DNA of 64,000 nt, from assembly GCA_029933005.1 (NCBI GenBank), contig JAOZOY010000005.1, forward strand, positions 10,940 through 74,939, in the 5' to 3' direction. Both the position numbers and the translations under genes were made by a program. Positions 29,375 to 39,143 of this stretch are shown here, in pieces. Origin of the DNA: Deltaproteobacteria bacterium (lineage in GTDB: Bacteria > Desulfobacterota > Desulfobulbia > Desulfobulbales > SURF-16). Every line of letters begins with the position of its first letter. Within the stretch, counting starts at the first letter, position 1. The notes under the pieces were generated by a model, which had not been told where the DNA came from, searched no databases, and saw only the letters and a program-made list of their open reading frames with translations.

Positions 29375-30946
29375 ATGAAAAACATCATTGAAGTCGAAGT
29401 TTTCAATAAACTTTTTTCCTCCATTGCCGAGGAAATGGGCATTATCCTCCGGCGCTCATCCTTCTCCTCAAACATCAAGGAACGCTGTGATTTTTCCTGC
29501 GCGATATTTGACCGCCGGGGTGAACTTGCTGCCCAGGCCGCTCATATTCCGGTCCACCTTGGCGCCATGCCCAAAACTCTTGAGTTCGTGCTTAAAAAAT
29601 TAACCCTGGACCCCGGAGATATCATCATCGTCAATAACCCGTTTCAGGGCGGCAGCCATCTGCCGGACATCACCCTTATTGAAGCGCTCCACGATGAGCA
29701 TGGCAACGTACTATTTTATCTGGTAAACAGGGCCCATCACGCCGATGTCGGCGGCAAAACCCCCGGTTCCATGGGCTTTTCCACCTGTCTCAGCGAAGAG
29801 GGCGTTCTGATTCCGCCGACATATCTGCACAAGGATGGATGTCTAAACGAGAATTTCCTGCATGATTTCCTGGCCAAAGTCCGTAATCCAATGGAGAGGC
29901 AGGGCGACCTGCGAGCCCAGATCGCTTCTTTGCAGCGTGGCGGCATGAGACTTTCCGAACTGTTGGAAAAATATGGAGAGGAATATATCTTTACAATTCT
30001 TGATCAGCTCAAGGATTATGGCGAACAGCTGATGCGCGGCTGCATCCGCCGGCTGCCCGACGGTTGTTTCCATTTCACCGACTATCTGGACAATGACGGA
30101 CTTGATCAAAAACACATCAGCATTGGAGTGGAGCTGACCATTCAGGGAGATCAGGTTCTGGTTGATTTTTCAAAAAGTGGTGATCAGATTAAAACACCCC
30201 TTAATACGGTGCAGGCCGTGACTATATCGGCAACAATGTATGTTTTTCAATGTCTGCTGGGAGAAGGATATCCTGTCAACCAGGGAAGTTACCGGCCGAT
30301 TGTCATTAAGACACGATCGGGTAGCATCCTGGACAGCCTGGAGCCGGCGCCGGTTGCAGCCGGCAATGTGGAAACATCGCAACGAATTGTCGATACTCTG
30401 TTCGGCGCCCTGGCCCTGGCCCTGCCGGACCGTATCCCGGCGGCCAGCTGTGGCAGCATGAATAATATCGCCATTGGAGGCACAAAAGACGGAGGAAGCC
30501 CATATACTTATTATGAAACCATCGGCGGCGGTATGGGAGCACGGCCTCATAAATCCGGCCTGAGCGGGATTCACACCCATATGACCAACACCATGAACAC
30601 ACCGGTGGAGGCCCTGGAACGTAGTTTTCCTCTCCAGGTGGAAAAATATGCTTTGAGACGGGGCTCAGGCGGCCAGGGTAAATTCCAGGGAGGTGAAGGC
30701 CTCATCCGAACATACCGTTTTCTGGAAGAGGGAAAAATTTCACTGCTCATGGAAAGGCGGACTTTAGCCCCTTATGGGCTGGCTGGGGGCTTAAACGGTA
30801 AAAAGGGAGAATGCTTGTTGGTACGTGGAGACAAAAAGAAGAAACTTGCCGGAAAAATCAACCTGAGGGCCGAAAAAGGGGATAGACTGGTAATCAAAAC
30901 GCCGGGCGGCGGTGGCTGGGGATACCAGAAGACAGAAATCAGATGA
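29375..30946 (+). CDS. Hydantoinase B / oxoprolinase family protein (HyuB-like), with no adjacent HyuA
   Basis: 'PVHLGAMP', 'GGSHLPDIT', 'NRAHHADVGG'. Confidence 0.8.
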   Translation: MKNIIEVEVFNKLFSSIAEEMGIILRRSSFSSNIKERCDFSCAIFDRRGELAAQAAHIPVHLGAMPKTLEFVLKKLTLDPGDIIIVNNPFQGGSHLPDITLIEALHDEHGNVLFYLVNRAHHADVGGKTPGSMGFSTCLSEEGVLIPPTYLHKDGCLNENFLHDFLAKVRNPMERQGDLRAQIASLQRGGMRLSELLEKYGEEYIFTILDQLKDYGEQLMRGCIRRLPDGCFHFTDYLDNDGLDQKHISIGVELTIQGDQVLVDFSKSGDQIKTPLNTVQAVTISATMYVFQCLLGEGYPVNQGSYRPIVIKTRSGSILDSLEPAPVAAGNVETSQRIVDTLFGALALALPDRIPAASCGSMNNIAIGGTKDGGSPYTYYETIGGGMGARPHKSGLSGIHTHMTNTMNTPVEALERSFPLQVEKYALRRGSGGQGKFQGGEGLIRTYRFLEEGKISLLMERRTLAPYGLAGGLNGKKGECLLVRGDKKKKLAGKINLRAEKGDRLVIKTPGGGGWGYQKTEIR

Positions 30947-30985
30947 CAGAAGACCGATAACGGGAATCGAAAATCGGAATGGACA

Positions 30986-31321
30986 TTATTTGTCCGCCGG
31001 AGTGTATTGTGAACACTTGGCGGCAAGGACGCAGAGTCCCTTCTTCTCCATGATTTCCCGAATTTCCTTCTCGGAAAGAACAGAATTTTTCTGGTGAGAA
31101 AGATAGACGATACAGTCTTCACATACATTCAAAATAGTCCGATAATCATCGAGTTCCCTGGCAAGCTCCCAGCAGGGCACCTCTGGACGATTACGGGCAA
31201 TACATCCTTTAATTTTGGTACATTTTGTTATTTCCCAGCACAACCATTTATTTTTGAAAGCCATCTGTGGAGCCATTTGCGGGGCCATATCGATTACACC
31301 TCTTTCTGCAAAGACATCCAT
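30986..31321 (-). CDS. Small Cys/Trp-rich protein (CW...C...C...CW pattern), putative metal- or redox-binding
   Basis: The start is set at the ATG at 31321, preceded by GGAGGAAG 7 nt upstream. The sequence is 'WLCWEITKCTKIKGCIARNRPEVPCWELARELDDYRTILNVCEDC'. It resembles what I recall as the 'two-CW' domain, from memory only. Confidence 0.55.
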   Translation of the reverse strand: MDVFAERGVIDMAPQMAPQMAFKNKWLCWEITKCTKIKGCIARNRPEVPCWELARELDDYRTILNVCEDCIVYLSHQKNSVLSEKEIREIMEKKGLCVLAAKCSQYTPADK

Positions 31322-31429
31322 TTTTCTTCCTCCAAGAAAAATAACAAAATGCCAATTTCCTTCCTCCAAGAAAATCAACAAAATGCCGAATGTACCCTTC
31401 GAACAGGTTTATCGTCTGCTAATTAACCA

Positions 31430-32023
31430 TTATCTTAAAAACTGGTCAAGAGCTATGATTAATTTTTCTTTGCCGGCTCCGGTTTTGGCTGAAAAGAGAA
31501 CCCGCTCCCAGGCCCCGAGTCCAAATCCTGCATCCAGAAGAGCCGCCTGCCTGGCCTGTTGATTTTTCTTGACCTTATCGCTCTTGGTGTAGACCGGCAA
31601 AAAAGGAATTTCCTCGGCGCGAAGCCAGTTGATCAGCTCAAGATCCTGGGGTTTTACCCCGTGACGTAAATCAATGATCACCACAACGCAACAAAGTGTC
31701 TGCCGATTGAGCAGATACGAAGAAATCAGGCCTTGCCAGTCATTTTTTATCTTTTTCGGCACCTTGGCAAAACCATACCCCGGCAGATCAACGAGATAAA
31801 GGGATTCTCCCACCAGGAAAAAATTCAGACTCTGGGTCTTGCCCGGCCGAGAACTGACCTTCACCAGTTTGCGCCGATTAATCAATTTGTTGATCAAACT
31901 TGATTTTCCCACATTGGAACGGCCGGCAAAGGCGATTTCCGGGATCTCTTCCAGAGGAAGCTGGGCCGTCTTAAAAACACTTGTAACAAAATCAATATTT
32001 GCTGAGTCCCAGAGGGATTTCAT
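31430..32023 (-). CDS. engB: Ribosome-biogenesis GTPase YihA/EngB
   Basis: G1 'GRSNVGKSSLINKL', G3 'DLPGYGF', G4 'TKSDK'. The ATG at 32023 is preferred over the TTG at 32071. Confidence 0.88.
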   Translation of the reverse strand: MKSLWDSANIDFVTSVFKTAQLPLEEIPEIAFAGRSNVGKSSLINKLINRRKLVKVSSRPGKTQSLNFFLVGESLYLVDLPGYGFAKVPKKIKNDWQGLISSYLLNRQTLCCVVVIIDLRHGVKPQDLELINWLRAEEIPFLPVYTKSDKVKKNQQARQAALLDAGFGLGAWERVLFSAKTGAGKEKLIIALDQFLR

Positions 32024-32113
32024 CTGTTCTGACCTGTAATCGTTGATTATAAAAAAGGGGCAGAGGGACAAAGGGTAAACCTCCTTGAACCTCTGTCCCT
32101 CTGTCTCTAGAAT

Positions 32114-32986
32114 TTAAATAATCTTATTCAAGGCATACTCGATAATGCCTTCGGCACCCTCATCCAGCAGTCTGGGCACCAGATCACGTATCACATTCCC
32201 GGCAATGACGGTTTCCACGGAATACCAGTTCGTCTGATACAAATGAGCAACGGTGGGCGCATTTAAGCTGGGGAGAAGATCAATGATTGCCTGAAGTCGC
32301 TCTTCCGGGACATTCATCTTTACTCCGACAATCTTGTCCGCCTTGAGAGCGCCCTGTAACAACATGGCGATATTCTTAATTTTTTTCTGCCTCCATGGAT
32401 CTTCCCAAGCCATCTTGTTTGCGACAAACTGAGTATTTGAGGTCATGAGTTCATGAATAATTTTCAGATCATGAGCGCGGATAGTGGATTCCGTTTCCGT
32501 GACCTCCACAATGGCATCGGCCAGCCCGGAAACAACCTTGGCTTCAGTGGCTCCCCAGGAAAATTCGATATTAACATTGATTTTTTTTTCAGCAAAAAAA
32601 CGAGTGGAGTAGCCAACCAGCTCCGTGGCGATTTTTTTCCCTTCCAGATCCTCCAGGCATTGAATGTCCGAATCGCCTGGAACGGCAATCACCCAACGAG
32701 TCGGCTTACGGCTCACCTTGGAATAAATAAGATCATCCACCACCACTACATCGGACTCATTTTCCAGGGTCCAATCCTTGCCGGTAATGCCGGCGTCCAG
32801 TATGCCATCCTCAATATAGCGTGACATTTCCTGGGGTCGACAGATGGAACACGACAGTTCCGGATCATCTACCTTGGGAAAATAATTTCTGGAAGAAAGT
32901 TTGATCTGCCAGCCGGCCTTGGCAAATAATTCAATCGTTGCCTTTTCAAGGCTTCCCTTGGGAATACCCAGTTTTAACTGTTTCAT
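32114..32986 (-). CDS. hisG: ATP phosphoribosyltransferase, long form (HisG with C-terminal regulatory domain)
   Basis: 290 aa. Motifs '[10 protein letters not shown]' and 'DAGITGKDW', plus a HisG_C-like tail. Confidence 0.9.
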   Translation of the reverse strand: MKQLKLGIPKGSLEKATIELFAKAGWQIKLSSRNYFPKVDDPELSCSICRPQEMSRYIEDGILDAGITGKDWTLENESDVVVVDDLIYSKVSRKPTRWVIAVPGDSDIQCLEDLEGKKIATELVGYSTRFFAEKKINVNIEFSWGATEAKVVSGLADAIVEVTETESTIRAHDLKIIHELMTSNTQFVANKMAWEDPWRQKKIKNIAMLLQGALKADKIVGVKMNVPEERLQAIIDLLPSLNAPTVAHLYQTNWYSVETVIAGNVIRDLVPRLLDEGAEGIIEYALNKII

Positions 32987-33363
32987 TTTTTATATACCTC
33001 CCGGGGATCAAATACCGGCTTATCTTTTATTTTTAGCCCGTCATCTTCACATCGCCTGAAAAAACAGCTGCGGTACCCTTTATGACAGGCTGCGCCACCC
33101 AATTGCTCAATCTTAAATATCACGGTATCTTCATCGCAGTCCACCAAAATTTCTTTGACCAACTGAACATGCTTGGAAGATTCTCCTTTGAGCCATAATT
33201 GGTTACGGGATCTGCTCCAGTAATGAGCCTTGCCTGTCTTTAAAGTTTTACGCCAGGCCTCTTCGTTGATATAAGCCAGCATCAACACCTCACCGGTTTC
33301 AAAATCCTGGGCAATGGCGGGCAAAAGACCGTCTTTTGCTTTACCAAAGTTTAATTGTATCAT
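32983..33363 (-). CDS. hisI: Phosphoribosyl-AMP cyclohydrolase (HisI)
   Basis: '[17 protein letters not shown]', 'CDEDT', '[13 protein letters not shown]'. The gene overlaps hisG by 4 nt. Confidence 0.9.
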   Translation of the reverse strand: MIQLNFGKAKDGLLPAIAQDFETGEVLMLAYINEEAWRKTLKTGKAHYWSRSRNQLWLKGESSKHVQLVKEILVDCDEDTVIFKIEQLGGAACHKGYRSCFFRRCEDDGLKIKDKPVFDPREVYKK

Positions 33364-33551
33364 TTTTGATCCTTTTCCTTCTCGTGAGATGAATTACCGC
33401 GGGACTCCCTGGCCTGCTCCTTACCGATATAATGAATGATACAGGAAGATCTGAATTTACAGTATTCATCAGGATGCCGGCATCGGGCAGCTTCCGAATC
33501 CATCTTCTGATTATATTTTTCGCAAACAAGTTCCATATTCCTTATCATCAT
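33360..33551 (-). CDS. Small 4-Cys hypothetical protein translationally coupled to hisI
   Basis: 63 aa with four spaced Cys residues (CEKY...[14 protein letters not shown]). Its stop overlaps the hisI start by 4 nt. No family was recognised. Confidence 0.35.
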   Translation of the reverse strand: MMIRNMELVCEKYNQKMDSEAARCRHPDEYCKFRSSCIIHYIGKEQARESRGNSSHEKEKDQK

Positions 33552-33564
33552 TGAATCAAAATTG

Positions 33565-33640
33565 GTAACTATTCAGGTGAGCCACCAAATTGACCTAACC
33601 ACTGTTCCGTAACTGTTCAGGAGTGCTCCTGAATAGTTAC
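33565..33640. promoter_or_regulatory. Three copies of GTAACTATTCAGG: one isolated copy plus a 15-bp near-perfect palindrome
   Basis: gtaactattcagg at 33565-33577. gtaactgttcaggag (33609-33623), tg, then ctcctgaatagttac (33626-33640). Confidence 0.6.
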
Positions 33641-33824
33641 TCAAAATTCAGGGCATGAAAGTAGCGCATCTCCCTGTTTTGTCAAGAAGCGAAATTCACT
33701 CCTCCTTGAAAAAAAAGATTTCAACCGACACCTTACCGCAGCCCTGCAAAAAAATCAGTTGGATAAAAAAATCAGTCGGATAAAAAAATTAGGGAAAACG
33801 TGGAATGTTTGTTGAGCAATCTGA

Positions 33825-33868
33825 GGCGGGAAAAAACAAGGGGAGGCATGAAAAAATCATAGCTCCCC
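33825..33868 (-). terminator. Probable intrinsic terminator downstream of the SOR-like gene
   Basis: On the minus strand, stem GGGGAG pairs with CTCCCC (33863-33868 with 33840-33845), followed by TTGTTTTTT. The 17-nt loop is large. Confidence 0.45.
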
Positions 33869-33943
33869 GTTTAGAAATCGTAAGAGTTCACCATGGGCTA
33901 TAAGCCTTGGTAAACTCTTGCTAAAAGTCAAGTTATCTGTAGG

Positions 33944-34384
33944 TTACACTTGCGCCGGTGTAACCCAAAAGTCATGCAGGTTACAAAAACTGGTCGCAAT
34001 AATACGACCCTTGTAGTCCGCCGGTAAATCAAAAAGTGACTCAGCCTTTTCATCGGAAGGAGAAAAAGTTTTCTCGCCCGCAACCGTTCCATCAGCCAGA
34101 ACCAATGTATGGCGGACAATATAATGTTTTTCACTCATGCCGTGATTTGTTAACACTGTCACTTTACCGTCTGCTACAGTCACCTGCGGAGCGTGACCGC
34201 CAACTTTTTTTTCCCATTTACCGGGATTCGCTTTCGAATAAATAAGCCCTGTTAGGCTTGGATTAGCTGTGGGACAACTTTTCGGACAGCTCATCGGCAT
34301 GGCCAGAGTGCTTGATGCACTTCCAACTGCCACAACCGCTGCCGCCGCCAACGAACCTTTGATAAACTTTCTTCTTTCAGACAT
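33944..34384 (-). CDS. Tat-exported superoxide-reductase-like protein (desulfoferrodoxin Fe-binding domain)
   Basis: Twin-arginine leader 'SERRKFIKGSLAAAAVVAVGSASSTLA'. SOR ligand motifs 'GGHAPQV', 'HGMSEKHYI', 'CNLHDFW'. Confidence 0.75.
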   Translation of the reverse strand: MSERRKFIKGSLAAAAVVAVGSASSTLAMPMSCPKSCPTANPSLTGLIYSKANPGKWEKKVGGHAPQVTVADGKVTVLTNHGMSEKHYIVRHTLVLADGTVAGEKTFSPSDEKAESLFDLPADYKGRIIATSFCNLHDFWVTPAQV

Positions 34385-34443
34385 ATTGAATCTCCATTTT
34401 CTTAATAAAAGTTACTACTAACATAAAAGTTTTTTTTACTTTG

Positions 34444-34998
34444 TCAAATCATTTCTCGTACGGAACCTCTTTTTCTCATTTCTTCAGGACAAAAAAAGAT
34501 AAGACGGGAAGCCGCACATTTCCAGGCATAATCGATTACATAGGAGCTGTAGCGTCCGATTTCAGTCAACTTCCCCATCTTTTGCCGACAAACTTTTCGG
34601 GAAATCTTTCCTGAGATACGGAAAATGCGAGGCACAAGAAGAGCATTGATGTGGGGAATAGCCAGTTTCCGACAACACCTGACCGCTGGTCCATCATCCG
34701 TAATAATAAAATCCGCCAATCCATCTTGAAACAAAAGAAGGGTCTGACGCTCGCCCGGATCCAAAGCGACAGTGATCATGGAATGTCGGCAGTACTCCTC
34801 ACCCTGATTTTTTCGATTTTCAAGCTGTTTCCCCTGAAAATATTTTTTAAACTGCTCGCAGCCTGGATAACCGGAATATGTCAATTCTTCATAAACCGTG
34901 GTGCCTACCCGGACATCAAAGGTTAACATTAATGTCTGAAACAGACCTGATTTATAAAGAAGGATGGCAGAGGAGGAATCAATCAGACATTTTTTCAT
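34444..34998 (-). CDS. PIN-like domain protein (COG2405/DUF3368-like) with no visible antitoxin partner
   Basis: Acidic positions fit the PIN fold: 'LIDSSSAILL', 'GERQTL', 'IITDD'. Confidence 0.4.
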   Translation of the reverse strand: MKKCLIDSSSAILLYKSGLFQTLMLTFDVRVGTTVYEELTYSGYPGCEQFKKYFQGKQLENRKNQGEEYCRHSMITVALDPGERQTLLLFQDGLADFIITDDGPAVRCCRKLAIPHINALLVPRIFRISGKISRKVCRQKMGKLTEIGRYSSYVIDYAWKCAASRLIFFCPEEMRKRGSVREMI

Positions 34999-35352
34999 TA
35001 AAAAAATTCCGTTTCATGTTGTTATTCTTTCCAAAATAGAGGGTGAATACCGCATTAGTCATGATTGTCGGTCTCGTAAAAAACAACGAGCACGACGTAC
35101 AGTGATTCGTAATTTCTCGAAGTCTTACCTGGTTCGCTTATCTGATTTAACATCAGCAGATTTTGCAGATTTGATTTTTTACGAAGCCATCATGATTGAC
35201 AAAAAAACCAAATCTTTGTATCGTCGCCTTGATGAAAAATCGGTAAACGCTTACAGGACCGAGGTTTTCGTAAAGTTATAAGTCGCCGGTGAACGGTTAC
35301 AAAATTTGGCATTTTTGTGCACGACATCAAAGATTTTTTGGGAGGAAAATTG

Positions 35353-36363
35353 ATGAAAAAGGGGATCATTCATTTAATACCAATTCTGCTGGCAGCGAAC
35401 ATCTTGCTGTTTCACGTTTCTCCATCTCTGGCCGGAGGCGGCAAGAACTATCCGCTGGGAGCCGAGGATTTTCTCTCCGGCGCGGTACCGCCACCGGGAT
35501 TTTATTTTCTGAACTATGCCTATTACTATAAAGGCAATGACTTGGCTGATGATTCCGGAGACGACATCGAGATCTTTGATGAGGCTGAAGTCAAGGCGGA
35601 TGTTTTACGCTTTCTGTGGGTCAGTGACAAGCAGATCGCGGGCGGCTTTTACGGCCAGCATCTCTTTATCCCTTTTCTTGATGTGGATGTGGATTTTAAA
35701 CAGCCGGTGGGCGCAAAAGGGAAAAGTCATTATTCCGACAGCGGCGTTCCCTATGTGATCTACTCTCCTTTTATTCTGTCATGGCATCTTATGGAGGGCA
35801 AACTTCATCTGGTCACCTCTCTTGTGGATACTTATATTCCCATGGGCAACGAAGAGGACGGTAATCTGGCCAATGTTGGCCGAAATTTCTGGGGATTTGA
35901 GCCTGTCCTTGCCGCCACCTGGATGCCCACCAAGAATCTGGAACTCTCACTGAAGATGATGTATGATTTTTACACCAGCCAGGATGACTATGCCACCCCT
36001 TTTGGCGATGTTGACCGTGATCCGGGCCAGGAATTTCACTTTGATTACAGTATTTCCTATGCACTCAATCCATCTTGGCGTGTCGGCGTCAACGGCTACT
36101 ATTATCAGCAGACCACAAAGGATGATTATGACGAGGACGATTATGCCAATTCACCTTTGTTGGATCTTGGCGTTCCCATGTCAGTTGTGACTGATCTTTT
36201 TGAAAATGAGGAAAAGGCCTTAAGCCGGGTTTTCGCCATCGGTCCCGGTCTCTGGTTTAATCACAAAAATATCTTCCTGAGCCTGAAAAGTCAATATGAA
36301 AGCAATGCTAAAACCATGACCGAAGGGTATAATGTCTGGTTTAAATTTATTTACGGTTTTTAA
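35353..36363 (+). CDS. Outer-membrane transporter-like beta-barrel (MetA-pathway/phenol-degradation-like family)
   Basis: The ATG at 35353 follows GGGAGG. Signal peptide 'MKKGIIHLIPILLAANILLFHVSPSLA'. Strands are rich in aromatic residues, with a C-terminal '...FKFIYGF'. Confidence 0.65.
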   Translation: MKKGIIHLIPILLAANILLFHVSPSLAGGGKNYPLGAEDFLSGAVPPPGFYFLNYAYYYKGNDLADDSGDDIEIFDEAEVKADVLRFLWVSDKQIAGGFYGQHLFIPFLDVDVDFKQPVGAKGKSHYSDSGVPYVIYSPFILSWHLMEGKLHLVTSLVDTYIPMGNEEDGNLANVGRNFWGFEPVLAATWMPTKNLELSLKMMYDFYTSQDDYATPFGDVDRDPGQEFHFDYSISYALNPSWRVGVNGYYYQQTTKDDYDEDDYANSPLLDLGVPMSVVTDLFENEEKALSRVFAIGPGLWFNHKNIFLSLKSQYESNAKTMTEGYNVWFKFIYGF

Positions 36364-36431
36364 TGAAATATAAGGCGAAATGGGAAATTTTCAGCCTTTA
36401 ACCTTACTGCCTTATACTAGGAGCAAAACAG

Positions 36432-36950
36432 ATGCAAAATGTTAAAACAGGTAATGTTGTGACGGTAACATATGAAGGGTTTCTTGCAAACGGAGAAGCC
36501 TTTGACTCTTCCGAAGACTCCGGACCGATGAAATTTCAGATCGGCGTAAACTCGGTCATGCCGGGTTTTGAAAAAGAGGTGCTGGGTATGACCATCGGAG
36601 AATCAAAGGAAATCAATTTGATTCCGGAAGAGGCCTATGGTCCGAGAAAAGAGGAACTGGTCCACACCGTTCCCAGATCAATGTGGAAAAAAGAACAGGA
36701 AATCAAGCCCGGATTGGTCATGGGGCTGACAATTGAAAAAGACGGCGAAAAGCATCAGGTTCCGGCCCTGGTGACTCAAGTCGAAAATGATCAGGTCACA
36801 GTGGACTTCAATCATCCTCTGGCCGGCCAACAACTGATCTACAAAATTACCCTGGATTCTATTGAGGAGCCGCCTGAGCAGGAGAATCAGGCTCTGTCCT
36901 CATTAGGGACCTGTTCACCGTCAAGTTGTGAGGGATGCAGCTCCTGTTGA
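36432..36950 (+). CDS. slyD: FKBP-type peptidyl-prolyl isomerase, SlyD-like, with a Cys-rich tail
   Basis: '[18 protein letters not shown]', 'DFNHPLAGQ'. The tail is '[12 protein letters not shown]'. Confidence 0.85.
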   Translation: MQNVKTGNVVTVTYEGFLANGEAFDSSEDSGPMKFQIGVNSVMPGFEKEVLGMTIGESKEINLIPEEAYGPRKEELVHTVPRSMWKKEQEIKPGLVMGLTIEKDGEKHQVPALVTQVENDQVTVDFNHPLAGQQLIYKITLDSIEEPPEQENQALSSLGTCSPSSCEGCSSC

Positions 36951-37812
36951 CCAAGTCGTGCTAACTACCCCTGATAAAATTTCTATCAACCCAAAAAAGC
37001 CGCAGGTGGTTCTGACCATAGCCGGCTCCGATCCCTCCGGCGGAGCTGGAATCCAGGCGGACCTTAAGACCTTCTCCACCCTGGGGGTTTATGGCTGTGC
37101 GGCAATCACCGTTCTCACCGCCCAGAACACCATGGGTGTTGAAGCCTGTCTTCCCGTTGAGACAACTTTTTTTCGCAAACAGGTGCAATTTGTCTTAAAT
37201 GACATGCCGGTCAGCCACATCAAAATCGGCTTGGTGGGAAGCAATGAAATTGCTGCTGTCATTGACGATCTTCTTGCCTTTTTTCCAGGTGAAGTCATCT
37301 ATGATCCAGTTCTCAGGGCCTCTGACGGCCACGCTCTGTTTGAACAAAAAAATCCGGAGCGATTATTGCGTCATATCGTGGCCCGATCCACGGTTCTGAC
37401 TCCCAACTTGAATGAACTTGAACTCCTGACCGGCATGAGATGTCCGAACAAAAAAGAAATGATTCATGCCGTGCAAAATTTGCTCGCGCGGTTTCCCCGC
37501 TTGCGGAGTGTCATTGTCACAGGGGGCCATATCCACGAAGACCGGAAGACCGTGAACGATTTTCTCATCAGCCGAAAACTTGCCATACAAACCACGGATC
37601 ATCTGCGCATCAGGACCGAAAACAGCCACGGCACCGGATGTACCTTCGCCTCGGCCTTTGCGGCCTTTCACCTCCTGTCTGGAGATGATGTCCATTCTTT
37701 TCATCAAGCCGTCGGTTTTGTGGCCCAACTCCTTAAAAAAAGCGCGAGTTGGAAACTGGGCAAGGGCACTGGTCCCCTGGTGCATCATCTCTACCGACTT
37801 GATGCTATGTAA
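36928..37812 (+). CDS. thiD: Hydroxymethylpyrimidine/phosphomethylpyrimidine kinase ThiD (start ambiguous: GTG at 36928 or GTG at 36958)
   Basis: '[21 protein letters not shown]', '[10 protein letters not shown]'. Confidence 0.88.
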   Translation: MRDAAPVDQVVLTTPDKISINPKKPQVVLTIAGSDPSGGAGIQADLKTFSTLGVYGCAAITVLTAQNTMGVEACLPVETTFFRKQVQFVLNDMPVSHIKIGLVGSNEIAAVIDDLLAFFPGEVIYDPVLRASDGHALFEQKNPERLLRHIVARSTVLTPNLNELELLTGMRCPNKKEMIHAVQNLLARFPRLRSVIVTGGHIHEDRKTVNDFLISRKLAIQTTDHLRIRTENSHGTGCTFASAFAAFHLLSGDDVHSFHQAVGFVAQLLKKSASWKLGKGTGPLVHHLYRLDAM

Positions 37813-38023
37813 ATTTTGAATTAACAAAAAATACTGATATTTTATGCTGGTTGAGCTGTCAGCGATAATGAGATTGGTTCGTCGTTATGACTCAATCTTG
37901 TGAGATGGATTGCAAATGTAGATAAAAAAATAAAATGAGACGTGTGCCGGAATTTGAAATGAAGTAAACGCGAGGCGGGAGAATTCTGGATGATGAATAG
38001 TCACATCAAATGACTGGAAAGGT

Positions 38024-38063
38024 GCAAAAAAACAAGGCGGAAGAGATTTGATGCTCTTCCGCC
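38024..38063 (-). terminator. Intrinsic terminator of the DUF1566 gene
   Basis: A perfect 10-bp stem, ggcggaagag (38036-38045) with ctcttccgcc (38054-38063). On the minus strand it is followed by TTGTTTTTTTG. Confidence 0.75.
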
Positions 38064-38079
38064 TCGTGTCTAAAAGAAT

Positions 38080-39021
38080 TTATTCAACAGTTCGGCATAA
38101 CCGGCCGAAAGCGCCTGGAATGGTACCGGAGGCCCAGAAAATCGTGCCCTGTTTGTAATCACAGAACCAGTAGCCGCCAGGCTGGCGTTGTTCAGCCAGG
38201 AAGATAAAGGGTTGCTCCTTGGAAAAGCAGGGGTGGAGATAGACACCCTTGTTGTTAAGGGTCGGCTCCATCAGTGAAAGCGCCTCCTCAATGGTGGGCA
38301 GACGCCAGTTATTATATCCGGCAAAATTGGTCTCATTCTGCTTTTTGGTATATTTCCTGGTTTTTCCAATGCTGCGGATATCACAGCCCCCTCGCTGCCA
38401 CATCAGGCCGGTTGTCATATCCGTCACGGTAAGTGTATCCTGATTGTCCACCAGGTGATTTTCAAAAGAGCCTTCAGGGTTCAGGCGGGTTTCAAAAAAG
38501 TTGTGTTTTTTGACTATTCCCGGAAGCTGGTCATCAACAATTTTTTTGGCTTTTGCCTTTAGATGAATTTTTTTCAATTCCGGAACAGGTTCATTTTTGC
38601 CGGGCAGGCCGGATACCATTGACTCGACTTCCTTTTCTTCGACAATCGGCGTTACCCTGAAGCCATCATCTCCATCAACAATATAGTCAATGAGCCATTG
38701 TTTCAATGAGTTATCAATGGCGTAGCTTTTGTCCATGGTTATTGCTTTTCCCTGTGAGGCGATACATCTGTCTATCATTTTCTGGGGCGCATCAATTCGG
38801 GCCAGCACCTTGGCATGCTTAACCCCTCGTTCCATGAGACAGAGCTGGGCCGGATTTGTTGAATTTTCGATGAAAAAATAATAAAATTTTTCGGAGTTAT
38901 GATTGACTCTTATTCTTCCACCCCAGCTTTCAAAGATTCCAAAAGTTTCCGCCGGAATCAGGTCCCAGTCAATTGTTGGTTCTTCCTCGTTTGAATATGC
39001 AAGATTATCAAAAAGTCCCAT
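38080..39021 (-). CDS. Protein with a C-terminal DUF1566 (Lcl-like) domain and an N-terminal region of unknown function
   Basis: 'LMWQRGG' and 'YNNWRLPTIEEALSL'. The ATG at 39021 is preceded by GGAGGG. The track's start at 39036 is a TTG. Confidence 0.65.
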   Translation of the reverse strand: MGLFDNLAYSNEEEPTIDWDLIPAETFGIFESWGGRIRVNHNSEKFYYFFIENSTNPAQLCLMERGVKHAKVLARIDAPQKMIDRCIASQGKAITMDKSYAIDNSLKQWLIDYIVDGDDGFRVTPIVEEKEVESMVSGLPGKNEPVPELKKIHLKAKAKKIVDDQLPGIVKKHNFFETRLNPEGSFENHLVDNQDTLTVTDMTTGLMWQRGGCDIRSIGKTRKYTKKQNETNFAGYNNWRLPTIEEALSLMEPTLNNKGVYLHPCFSKEQPFIFLAEQRQPGGYWFCDYKQGTIFWASGTIPGAFGRLCRTVE

Positions 39022-39143
39022 GAATTTACCCTCCAAGTTGATTCATTAAGGTTAGTTCTAACGTATTGTCTCAAAATCATGGTTTTATTTTAAACATAAA
39101 AATATTAAAATGCAAGTAATAACTGTTATTATTATTTGTGTAT

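Noticed and set aside
34964-35281. 105-aa plus-strand ORF as a candidate antitoxin or partner of the PIN-like gene
   Set aside because: It overlaps the PIN gene start in divergent orientation. It has no RBS and no recognisable fold signature.
35307-35321. Sigma-54 promoter-like TGGCAT-N-TGCA upstream of the outer-membrane protein gene
   Set aside because: The GG to GC spacing is one nucleotide shorter than the strict -24/-12 geometry.
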